This document shows, piece by piece, positions 39,135 to 47,939 of a stretch of 64,000 bases of DNA. Under the pieces are notes generated by a model, which worked only from the letters and a program-made list of their open reading frames with translations, was not told where the DNA came from and did no database searches. The stretch comes from an uncultured candidate division Zixibacteria bacterium. GTDB lineage: Bacteria > Zixibacteria > MSB-5A5 > GN15 > FEB-12. The translations under genes were made by a program, and so were the position numbers. Numbering within the stretch: the stretch's first letter is position 1; each line of letters starts with the position of its first letter. Location: assembly GCA_963664195.1 (NCBI GenBank), contig OY760907.1:2784001-2848000 (forward strand), in the 5' to 3' direction.

Positions 39135-42100
39135 TGCGGTGGGTGAAGATCATCGCCATCAGTCTGATCAGCCTTTTTTTGCTGACGGTGATTGTCGGGT
39201 ATGTGTACCTGGTGCCGTTCGATGGATTCGAGAGCATCGTGCTCGGCCAGGTTCGCGGAGCACTGGGGTCGGACTCGCCGGTGGAGGTCGAAGTCGGCGA
39301 CATCAGCGGCTGGCTTGTCAACGGTGCCGAGATCGAAAACCTTTCGGTCTTTTATCACGATTCTACACGATTTTACCGTATGCTTTCTCTCAGGCGTGTG
39401 ACCGCGGAGTACTCGGTATTCGACCTGATGAACGGGCGGTTGTTGTTTGACCATCTGGTTCTCGACAGTCTGGACATCCTCGCTACCAAAGACGGCGATG
39501 GTCAGTGGATTGTCCCGCTGCCTCCGGTAGGAGGAGGGAGAGGAGATTCGGGCACGGCTCCAATACTGGGTATCGACCGGCTGGAGATAAACAACTCCCG
39601 TTTGCGAGCGGTCAAATCCGAGGATGATACGGTCTCCGTTACAGACCTGAATCTTTCGGCCTCGATACAGGCCGAGGAAAAGACGTACTCGTTGGAGCTT
39701 AAGACGCTTGGTTTCGTCTCTTCGGTTGGCCCTGTCGGAGAATCTGAGATAGCCGGTGTTGCGACATTCTCAGGCGGAAACCTCGTGTTCCAGGACTTCC
39801 AGATTGTGCGAGGGGACACGCGACTCAAGCTCAGCGGATCATACAGTATCAACGATACGGCTGGCGCGGCCGAGGTAACATTGGACCAAATCGATCTGGC
39901 CGAGGTCAGCGCGATGTTTGGTGCCAAGCTGAACGGTCGGGTAGATCTCAGTGGCACCGTTGCCTATGCGGAGGGCAAGCTGTCGGGGCGGGCGCACATC
40001 GGGGGGGATTTCCTGTTTGCCAGTCTGGAGAACCTGTTTGCGGAATTCCGGTTTGAAGATAGGCACTTGTATTTTGATACGTTGTACGGGACCATTCTCG
40101 GCTCGTGCGGTATTGACGGCTCTGCCGAGGTGAGATTCACGCCTCCGATGGAAACCTACGAAATCCATGCCAGCGTCAAGAACTTCAACCTCAACAACAT
40201 CGTTGCGAACACTTTCCCGTCTGATCTCTCCGGTTCACTTGCGCTCGATGGTCAGTCGTTTAGTAATAAGGATTTGTTGCTGAAGTTCGACGTTGACCTG
40301 CGGGAATCGTCGTTCGACGAGTATCCGCTTCATCATGCCTACGGCCCGGTTCATGTCACTACCGACTCGCTGATGTTTCCAGAGCCGTTCACGGTCGACT
40401 ATTTTGAGAACACGTTTACTACTACCGGCACCATTGATTACGATGAGGACATGCTGTTGTATGTCGACGCTGACCTGGCGAATCTGGACAGGTACCGCGG
40501 GAAGCTTTTCATAGATCAGCCCGGGGGACACGGTACGGGTGCGGCGATTCTCTCCGGACGTACTTCTGATCCTGACTTGAACGGTTGGTTTAGCTCGGAT
40601 TCGCTCTGGGTTTACGGTCTGTATGCGGACAGTTGTTATAGTCGCTTCGATATTGATCGCTTTCTGACCGGTCGAGAGGGGGAAGTGACAGTGGACCTGC
40701 TGTCCGGGGCGGCCTGGCAGGTGCCGTATGATACCGGCTACGCGCACATCACGCTCGATTCCGAAATCGTGTATATTGACTCGGTTGGATTCAACTCTGA
40801 GGTAGCTGTACTGGCTGCCGGTGGTATGCTGGATCAGGGGGCCTATCCCTGGAGCCTGACTGTGGACACTGCGACGCTGGCAGTGCTCGATCGACATTTC
40901 TTCAACCGTGGGCAGATGCGGGTTGTAATCGACACCCTCGGTTTTGATTTGAAGGGAACGACGATGGGCAGGGATGCCGCCGTGCTGTTTGCCAATGGTC
41001 GGGTTGATTATGACGAATCAATGCTGATGGCACTCAAGGTCAACAGCATCCCGATAGCGCCCTGGCTTCACCTTCTATACCCGGCACTTGATGCGGACGG
41101 TTACCTTTCGGGTGAAGCTTATCTGTCAGGCGATTTCAGCAGTCCGCAGTTTTCGGTTGCAGGCTCAATAGACTCCATGGTGTACCGTGGTGTCAGCCTG
41201 GGTGACCTCTCCTTGTCGGCGAGATACAGCGAGCGTCTGGTGACAATCGATTCTCTGTTGGTGTATGCTCATCCGGGACTATATCGGGCCAACGGCCAGT
41301 TTTTTGCCGACCTCGCGTTTGTGGCACAGGACAGGGAACGTCTGCCGGATCTCCCGTTTGATATTTTCGTAACGGCTACCGATCAGCGTTTTGATCTGGT
41401 CAGTCTTTTCCTTCCGTCAGTTGAAGACATGAGTGGTGACCTGTTTGCGGACTTCAGGTTAAGCGGTACGCCCGGTGAGCCGCATCTCGACGGTGAGGCG
41501 TTTCTCCGAAACGGAGAACTGAAGTATTTCGATCTGGCCAATCGCATCCAGACGGATTCTGCCGGTGTCACGATGAAGGACGACATTATCGAGGTGAATA
41601 GTGTCAGAGTTTTCGTTAAGGACATGCCGGAGAGCTATGCGCTGATCAATGGCAACCTCAGGGTGAAGACGCTTGACACGTTGTTCTACAACCTGACTAT
41701 AAACATCCCTAACGAGATGCCTTTCAAGTACGAACTTGATGATATTGAAGGTGTGGTCAAGGAAGGCAACCTGACCGTGCTCGGAGACACTCCGCCGACA
41801 GTGCTCGGCAATCTCACCGTTTCTGAGGTACGGTATCGTGCCGAGTTCACTACGGAAGAAGCCGGCTCTCCGGTCATGATTGCTCTCTCCGGTGAAAACC
41901 TGTGGGACTTGAATATCAATATCGATATCCCATCGAGGTATTGGATCAAGAACCAGGACATCGACGCTGAATTCTCAGGCTACATCAATCTGATTCGTGA
42001 CAACGGCAAGTACCGTTTTATCGGTGAGCTGGAAATCCTCCGGGGCAAAGGTTTCCTTTTTGACAAGACATTCAGGATAGAACCCGGCAGCCAGGTGACA

Positions 42101-42685
42101 TTTGAAGATATTGAACATCCCAATCCACGATTGGATATCACCGCGACGACGCGCATCCCGGTTGCCTCCACGACGGACATCGCCGAGAATTCACGTTCCG
42201 ATGTCGAGCTGGCGATTCAGGTGACGGGTACGCTTGAGAATCCGGAGTTGAACACGGTCGAGTCCGACGGGGCCGATAACTCGCTCACTCGGGAGGAAAT
42301 CCTACCGCTAATCGTGGCCAACTATTACGGCTCCGGCACGCCGGGGCAATTCGATGCCCGGGTTTCTCAGCTGATTTCGTCGCAAGTGTCACAGATAGGC
42401 ACGAGGACACTCGGTGTTGAGACGTTTGAAATCGATCCTACCTACAAAGGGGAGCTTGATCCCAGCCACACGATGGTCACGCTTGGTCTGTATCCGTTCC
42501 GTGACCTGCTGCCCAATCTGTACTTGTACGGAGGGACCGACGTTTCCCTGGAACGCCGCCGCACGGTCGGTTTTGAGTATCGTCTGGGCAAAGCACTGCT
42601 CGTTGAGGGAGCGCACAACGATGATATTGATGATGAGGATAAGGAACTGTATCGCGTGAACCTGAAACTTCACTGGGAATTCTAA
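39134..42685 (+). CDS. tamB: Translocation and assembly module TamB-like protein
   Basis: N-terminal TM, long beta-rich body, DUF490-like C-terminus (NPRLDITA, VTGTLENP); adjacent to an Omp85 gene. Confidence 0.8.
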   Translation: MRWVKIIAISLISLFLLTVIVGYVYLVPFDGFESIVLGQVRGALGSDSPVEVEVGDISGWLVNGAEIENLSVFYHDSTRFYRMLSLRRVTAEYSVFDLMNGRLLFDHLVLDSLDILATKDGDGQWIVPLPPVGGGRGDSGTAPILGIDRLEINNSRLRAVKSEDDTVSVTDLNLSASIQAEEKTYSLELKTLGFVSSVGPVGESEIAGVATFSGGNLVFQDFQIVRGDTRLKLSGSYSINDTAGAAEVTLDQIDLAEVSAMFGAKLNGRVDLSGTVAYAEGKLSGRAHIGGDFLFASLENLFAEFRFEDRHLYFDTLYGTILGSCGIDGSAEVRFTPPMETYEIHASVKNFNLNNIVANTFPSDLSGSLALDGQSFSNKDLLLKFDVDLRESSFDEYPLHHAYGPVHVTTDSLMFPEPFTVDYFENTFTTTGTIDYDEDMLLYVDADLANLDRYRGKLFIDQPGGHGTGAAILSGRTSDPDLNGWFSSDSLWVYGLYADSCYSRFDIDRFLTGREGEVTVDLLSGAAWQVPYDTGYAHITLDSEIVYIDSVGFNSEVAVLAAGGMLDQGAYPWSLTVDTATLAVLDRHFFNRGQMRVVIDTLGFDLKGTTMGRDAAVLFANGRVDYDESMLMALKVNSIPIAPWLHLLYPALDADGYLSGEAYLSGDFSSPQFSVAGSIDSMVYRGVSLGDLSLSARYSERLVTIDSLLVYAHPGLYRANGQFFADLAFVAQDRERLPDLPFDIFVTATDQRFDLVSLFLPSVEDMSGDLFADFRLSGTPGEPHLDGEAFLRNGELKYFDLANRIQTDSAGVTMKDDIIEVNSVRVFVKDMPESYALINGNLRVKTLDTLFYNLTINIPNEMPFKYELDDIEGVVKEGNLTVLGDTPPTVLGNLTVSEVRYRAEFTTEEAGSPVMIALSGENLWDLNINIDIPSRYWIKNQDIDAEFSGYINLIRDNGKYRFIGELEILRGKGFLFDKTFRIEPGSQVTFEDIEHPNPRLDITATTRIPVASTTDIAENSRSDVELAIQVTGTLENPELNTVESDGADNSLTREEILPLIVANYYGSGTPGQFDARVSQLISSQVSQIGTRTLGVETFEIDPTYKGELDPSHTMVTLGLYPFRDLLPNLYLYGGTDVSLERRRTVGFEYRLGKALLVEGAHNDDIDDEDKELYRVNLKLHWEF

Positions 42686-42687
42686 GC

Positions 42688-44610
42688 ATGCGTTGGCTGC
42701 TGGTGATCTTTGGTCTGGTTCTGCTCTGCGGACAGGACTGTGTGGCGATAGACAAGGCGCAATTGCGCTGGGCGCGACGGCATCCGGTGATCGACTCCAT
42801 TCAAATCATCGGTAATTTCTATATCGAAGACTCAGAGATCAAACAGCGTATGTACTCTCGAACCCGTAACGCCTGGCTTGCTATCAAGGGCGACCGTCGC
42901 AGCCGCATCCAGCGGGAAACACTTGGTCGTGATACGCTCGAGATCAAATTCCTATATTTTTCGAACGGGTTTCTGGACGTTGCGATCAACCACTCGTATG
43001 TGCCACTTGGGGAGGACTCCACCGCCAAGGCTATTGTCCTGGTGGAGATAGCCGAGGGACAGCGATACCGTTACGGCGACATTGATGTTAAGGGTACTTT
43101 TCCCGGTAAGTTCTACGGGCGTTTTCGGTCATTGGCGAATCGATTGCAGCGTGGTGCGGCAGTCAATCCGCTGCAATTGAATGCGACCGAAGTTGGCATG
43201 AAAACCGAGTTGGCCAACGGCGGGTATCCTTATGCCACGGTGCATTATTTTGTGGACAAGGAAGGTGACCCGGACGCCTGCAGAGTCCTGTTCGCGATTG
43301 AATCTGATTCGCTGGTGCATTTCGGTGAAGTGCACATTGACGGAGACAGTGTGTTCCCTGCCTACGCCGCACATCGGGAGCTGAAGATTGTCCCGGGGGA
43401 GGTCTACCGACGAGAGGATATTCTGGAATCCCAACGCCGTTTGTTTGAGTCCGGATACTTCACAACGTTTCAGTTGAACCGGACTAAGGATACTCTTGAT
43501 CGCCTCCACCCGGATTTTTCGCTAAAACTTCGTGAGCGCAAACCTCGCCAGGTAACGTTTAAGGCCGGTGCCGGCCAGTCACGAGTGCGCGATCTGCAGT
43601 GGGACGTTTCCGGTGCTTACGGCAAGCTCAATTTCTTCGGCTCGCGGCGGTATGATCTCCTGGCAGATTACTCCTTTTCGCTCGGCAAGGATACCCGAAT
43701 AATCAAACATCGGTATCGTGTTCGTATAACGGAGCCGTGGTTTTTGGGCATGAGAATGCCGGTGGCGCTCACCGGCGAAGTACAACCCCGGACACGCGAC
43801 ATTGAGCAGGAGTTCAAAAAGAGGTCATGGTCGGTCTCTCTTGACGTTTACAAGTGGTACACTCGCAAAGTACGGGCAAACATCGGCGTTGAATACCAGT
43901 ACGTGAAAATATCGGGCATTCCGCCTGAAACTGAGAAGGATGTCCGCGACCAGGCGGGTATTTCGGCCCGTCGGAAGATCTACTTCGGCATCCGTCGGGA
44001 CAGCCGTGACGATCCGTTTGTGCCGCATCATGGATCGGTAACCGAGATCAGCGCCGAGTATTTCGGCGGTTTCATGGGGGGAGACGACAGCTTCTACAAA
44101 CTTGAGGCAAGTTGGTCTCGCTATCGCAATGCCTGGCCGGGATGGATTTCGGCGACACGGCTCAAAGGAGGGATGGCGCTCGAATTCGGCGAGACTCCAT
44201 ACGTGCCACTTGATGAAGCTATCTACGTCGGAGGAGCCAACACTGTTCGAGGGTTCGAGGAAAACAAGCTGGGACCGCTTCGCGAAGACGGCACTCCGCT
44301 CGGGACGCGATATAACATTGTTTTCAACCAGGAGTTTCGTTGGAAGACGGTGCAATTCCTTAATCCGCTTCCGATTATCGGACGGTTGATGTCTGCCTTT
44401 CCGCTGTGGCAGACCCTCTTTGTTGATGTAGGAAACGGCTTCGCCGGGAGGTCCGAAATCAGTTTCGACAATCTGGCCGTAGCATACGGGTCGGGTATCC
44501 AGATCATGTCACCGGCCGGTCCGATCCGGCTCGATTATGCCCGTGTCGTCGCCACAGAGCATTTTCCAGTGGCCTCTCGCTGGCACTTCACTATATTGTA
44601 CGCGTTTTAG
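42688..44610 (+). CDS. Omp85 family (TamA/BamA-like) outer-membrane protein
   Basis: Three POTRA-like segments, GGANTVRGF, SPAGPIRLDYA, terminal Phe. Confidence 0.9.
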   Translation: MRWLLVIFGLVLLCGQDCVAIDKAQLRWARRHPVIDSIQIIGNFYIEDSEIKQRMYSRTRNAWLAIKGDRRSRIQRETLGRDTLEIKFLYFSNGFLDVAINHSYVPLGEDSTAKAIVLVEIAEGQRYRYGDIDVKGTFPGKFYGRFRSLANRLQRGAAVNPLQLNATEVGMKTELANGGYPYATVHYFVDKEGDPDACRVLFAIESDSLVHFGEVHIDGDSVFPAYAAHRELKIVPGEVYRREDILESQRRLFESGYFTTFQLNRTKDTLDRLHPDFSLKLRERKPRQVTFKAGAGQSRVRDLQWDVSGAYGKLNFFGSRRYDLLADYSFSLGKDTRIIKHRYRVRITEPWFLGMRMPVALTGEVQPRTRDIEQEFKKRSWSVSLDVYKWYTRKVRANIGVEYQYVKISGIPPETEKDVRDQAGISARRKIYFGIRRDSRDDPFVPHHGSVTEISAEYFGGFMGGDDSFYKLEASWSRYRNAWPGWISATRLKGGMALEFGETPYVPLDEAIYVGGANTVRGFEENKLGPLREDGTPLGTRYNIVFNQEFRWKTVQFLNPLPIIGRLMSAFPLWQTLFVDVGNGFAGRSEISFDNLAVAYGSGIQIMSPAGPIRLDYARVVATEHFPVASRWHFTILYAF

Positions 44611-44677
44611 GAATCGGCACTCCCGGGAGCTCACGGAACTACCGTGCGGTCGGAGGTGTTGAACGTACAACTGTGAG

Positions 44678-45856
44678 ATGACCAACATGGATTATATTTA
44701 TCTAGATCACAATGCTACTACGGCGACCGATCCGGCAGTTGTCGAGGCAATGATGCCGTATCTGGGTCAGGCGTACGGCAACGCCAGCTCGGTGCACTCC
44801 ACCGGTCGTGAGGCGAAGGTTGCCCTGGAAAACGCCCGTGAGCAGGTGGCGGCGTTCATAGGTTGCGAGCCGTCGGAATTCTATTTCACTTCAGGAGGAA
44901 CCGAGTCGGACAATATTGCCGTGCTCGGGACGGCCTTGCACCTCCGGAATCGTCGCGACCATTTGATTGTCGGTGCGACCGAGCATCACGCCGTGTTGGA
45001 GCCGGCCGAACATCTGGCCAATCGTGAAGACTTCAGTCTGGATATTCTTCCGGTTGACGCCGAAGGGTTTGCATCTCCCGTCGATCTCGAGAAACTGGTA
45101 ACTTCCCAGACAGCAATTGTCTCGGTAATGCACGGCAACAACGAGACGGGCGCGATACAGGACATCGCCGCTTTGGCCAGCATCGCGCGTGAGAAGAATG
45201 TCCTGTTCCATACCGATGCGGTGCAGACCTGTGGGAAGATACCGGTCAATGTTCGCAAACTTGGTGTCGACATGCTTTCTCTGACCGCGCACAAAGTCTA
45301 CGGACCCAAGGGCATAGGCGGTCTGTTCATTCGGCAGGGAGTTAAGATTGCGCCGTTGTTCTACGGCGGATCGCATGAAAAAAAACGCCGTCCGGGAACG
45401 GAGAACGTGGCCGGTGCGGTCGCGTTGGCCAAGACGCTTGAACTTGCTGCGGCGCGGATGGAAGAAGATCACGCCCGTCTGACCGGGCTGGCTGATTTCT
45501 TCATCAAGCAGGTAACAGCAAACATTCCTGACGTTACACTCAACGGTCCGCGGGCCAACCGCGTCCCGCAGACGGTCAACCTGTCGTTTTTGGGGATCGA
45601 GGGTGAATCCATTGTACTGTCGCTTGATCTCGAAGGTATCGCCTGTTCTTCAGGTTCTGCCTGCACTTCCGGGACGACCGGTCCCTCTCATGTTCTGGCG
45701 GCAATGGGTAAGCCTTCGATGGAGGCACAGGGGGCGGTGCGGTTCTCGATGGGACATGCCACCACTCAGAAAGATCTCGAATACGTGATTGAAAAGCTGC
45801 CTTCAATCATAGGTCGCCTGCGCGATATGTCACCCCTCTACAGTCCCTCGAAATGA
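44678..45856 (+). CDS. iscS: Cysteine desulfurase
   Basis: YLDHNATT, FTSGGTES, HTDAVQ, TAHKVYGPKG, SSGSACTS. Confidence 0.93.
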   Translation: MTNMDYIYLDHNATTATDPAVVEAMMPYLGQAYGNASSVHSTGREAKVALENAREQVAAFIGCEPSEFYFTSGGTESDNIAVLGTALHLRNRRDHLIVGATEHHAVLEPAEHLANREDFSLDILPVDAEGFASPVDLEKLVTSQTAIVSVMHGNNETGAIQDIAALASIAREKNVLFHTDAVQTCGKIPVNVRKLGVDMLSLTAHKVYGPKGIGGLFIRQGVKIAPLFYGGSHEKKRRPGTENVAGAVALAKTLELAAARMEEDHARLTGLADFFIKQVTANIPDVTLNGPRANRVPQTVNLSFLGIEGESIVLSLDLEGIACSSGSACTSGTTGPSHVLAAMGKPSMEAQGAVRFSMGHATTQKDLEYVIEKLPSIIGRLRDMSPLYSPSK

Positions 45857-45863
45857 GCAGTCA

Positions 45864-46967
45864 ATGAGCGACGGCAAGCGAGTTCTGATTGCTATGTCCG
45901 GCGGTGTCGATTCTTCGGTGACCGCGTTGCTCTTGAAAGAGCAAGGATATGAGGTCATCGGTGCCCACATGAAACTGTGGGATTATGTCGATGTCGGCGG
46001 TGATATACATCAGGACGGTCGGTGCTGTACTCTGGACTCGATTACAGATTGCCGGTTCATCTGCGACAGAATCGAAGCTCCGTTTTACGTCTTGAATCTT
46101 TCGGAGCAGTTTCGCGAAAAAGTGATTGAGGATTTTGTTGCGGAGTACAAAGCCGGCCGTACGCCAAACCCGTGCGTGCGATGCAACATTGATGTCAAAT
46201 GGGATGAGTTCCTGCACAAGGCGGAAGAGTTGGGTTGTGACTTCATAGCAACCGGGCACTATTCGTTTGTTGAAAAGGGCGAGACCGGACGATGGCATAT
46301 TCGCAAGGGGATAGATGCTTCACGCGATCAATCGTATGTCCTGTGGGGACTGACTCAGGACGCGTTGTCCAAAACGCTCATGCCTTTGGGCGGGCTTCTG
46401 AAGTCCGAGGTGAGGGAGATCGCCCGCTGCCACGGGCTTCGCACGGCCGAAAAGGCTGAGTCCCGCGAGATTTGTTTTGTCACCGATAATGACTATCGAA
46501 GGTTCCTTAGCGAATACGAAGAAAAACGCGGACGGCAGTTTGCACCGGGTGAGATCGTGCACACCGACGGTCGTGTGCTTGGCACGCACAACGGTACGGC
46601 GTTTTTCACCGTGGGGCAGCGACGAGGGATAGGTCTGGGACATCCTTCACCGCTCTATGTGCACAGCATCGACGTGCCGTCGCGGCGCATCATCGTCGGC
46701 GACAACGATGGCCTTCTCCAGACGGAGCTTATCGCTGAGCAGGTCAACTGGATGGGCATGGTGCCCTCCGACTTTTCTTTTGAGGCAGACGTAAAAATCC
46801 GGTATATGCACACGCCGGGACAGGCGGTCGTGTCGCCTTTGGATGACGATAGAGTGCGCGTTGTCTTCGGGAAACCGCAGCGTGCTATCACACCCGGTCA
46901 GTCGGTTGTGTTCTACCGCCGTGACATTCTCCTCGGCGGTGGGCTCATTGCCGACAGACCTGCCTGA
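45864..46967 (+). CDS. mnmA: tRNA-specific 2-thiouridylase
   Basis: MSGGVDSS, TPNPCVRCN, ATGHY, DQSY, TVGQRRG, TPGQ. Confidence 0.97.
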   Translation: MSDGKRVLIAMSGGVDSSVTALLLKEQGYEVIGAHMKLWDYVDVGGDIHQDGRCCTLDSITDCRFICDRIEAPFYVLNLSEQFREKVIEDFVAEYKAGRTPNPCVRCNIDVKWDEFLHKAEELGCDFIATGHYSFVEKGETGRWHIRKGIDASRDQSYVLWGLTQDALSKTLMPLGGLLKSEVREIARCHGLRTAEKAESREICFVTDNDYRRFLSEYEEKRGRQFAPGEIVHTDGRVLGTHNGTAFFTVGQRRGIGLGHPSPLYVHSIDVPSRRIIVGDNDGLLQTELIAEQVNWMGMVPSDFSFEADVKIRYMHTPGQAVVSPLDDDRVRVVFGKPQRAITPGQSVVFYRRDILLGGGLIADRPA

Positions 46968-47092
46968 ATCGCACCCGACATTGGCGCCCCTCTGAAACAA
47001 TACCAATTTGATGTTGACTCGAGTGGCGGCACGTGTCATTGTTAGCGTAGATAATATGTGAACTGGAAAATACTGGTGGAAGGAGTGCACAG

Positions 47093-47770
47093 ATGCCACA
47101 AGCCAAATTTCTCGGACACAGCTGTGTGGCCCTGACCGAGGGCGACCATAAGCTGATCATCGATCCGTTTTTGACCGGTAACGAGTTGACGACGGTCTCG
47201 CCCGAAGAGATCGATGTTGACTACGTGCTGATCACGCACGGTCACGGCGACCACCTCGGCGACGGAGTTGCGATCGCCGAACGGTGCGGCGCCACGATAA
47301 TTGCCACCTACGAATTGGCCAATTTCTGTGGAAAAGCTGGCGCCAAAGTGCATCCAATGCATATCGGCGGTGGGCACGATTTTGACTTTGGCCGGGTGAA
47401 ACTAACCATTGCTCATCATGGCGGGGGAGCCGGTGACGACGCCAGTATCTACACCGGACCACCGGTAGGTTTTCTTGTGACAATCGGCGGACTGACGGTC
47501 TATCACTCAGGCGATACCGGCTTGTTCTACGATATGAAGCTGATCGGCGAGATGAACGAAATCGATCTGGCCTTCCTGCCGATAGGGGACAACTTCACGA
47601 TGGGGATCGACGATGCCGTCAAGGCTGTGGAGCTGCTGAAACCACAGCGGGTGGTGCCGATGCACTACGATACGTTTGACATGATTAAGGCTGATCCCGC
47701 CGTGTTTGCCTCCAGGGTTGAAGGTGCACAGGTTATTGTGCTGAAACCGGGCGACAATATCGATTTCTGA
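47093..47770 (+). CDS. UPF0173 metal-dependent hydrolase (MBL fold)
   Basis: IIDPFL, THGHGDH, HSGDT, LPIGDNFTM, PMHY. Confidence 0.92.
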   Translation: MPQAKFLGHSCVALTEGDHKLIIDPFLTGNELTTVSPEEIDVDYVLITHGHGDHLGDGVAIAERCGATIIATYELANFCGKAGAKVHPMHIGGGHDFDFGRVKLTIAHHGGGAGDDASIYTGPPVGFLVTIGGLTVYHSGDTGLFYDMKLIGEMNEIDLAFLPIGDNFTMGIDDAVKAVELLKPQRVVPMHYDTFDMIKADPAVFASRVEGAQVIVLKPGDNIDF

Positions 47771-47792
47771 TCACGGTTGGTTCTGAGTTTGC

Positions 47793-47825
47793 GGGCGGTG
47801 GGGAATTTCTCATCGCCCTTTTTTT
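47793..47825 (+). terminator. Intrinsic terminator
   Basis: GGGCGGTGGGGA/TCTCATCGCCC followed by T7. Confidence 0.65.
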
Positions 47826-47939
47826 GTGATCGGCAGGCCCTTCGCGCCTGTCGAATTACTTGAGCCTTGTTGTTGATTGCGGAGATCGGGACGTACATAT
47901 TTACAAAAAGAAATAACCTCTCTGAGTGTACAAAGGGAT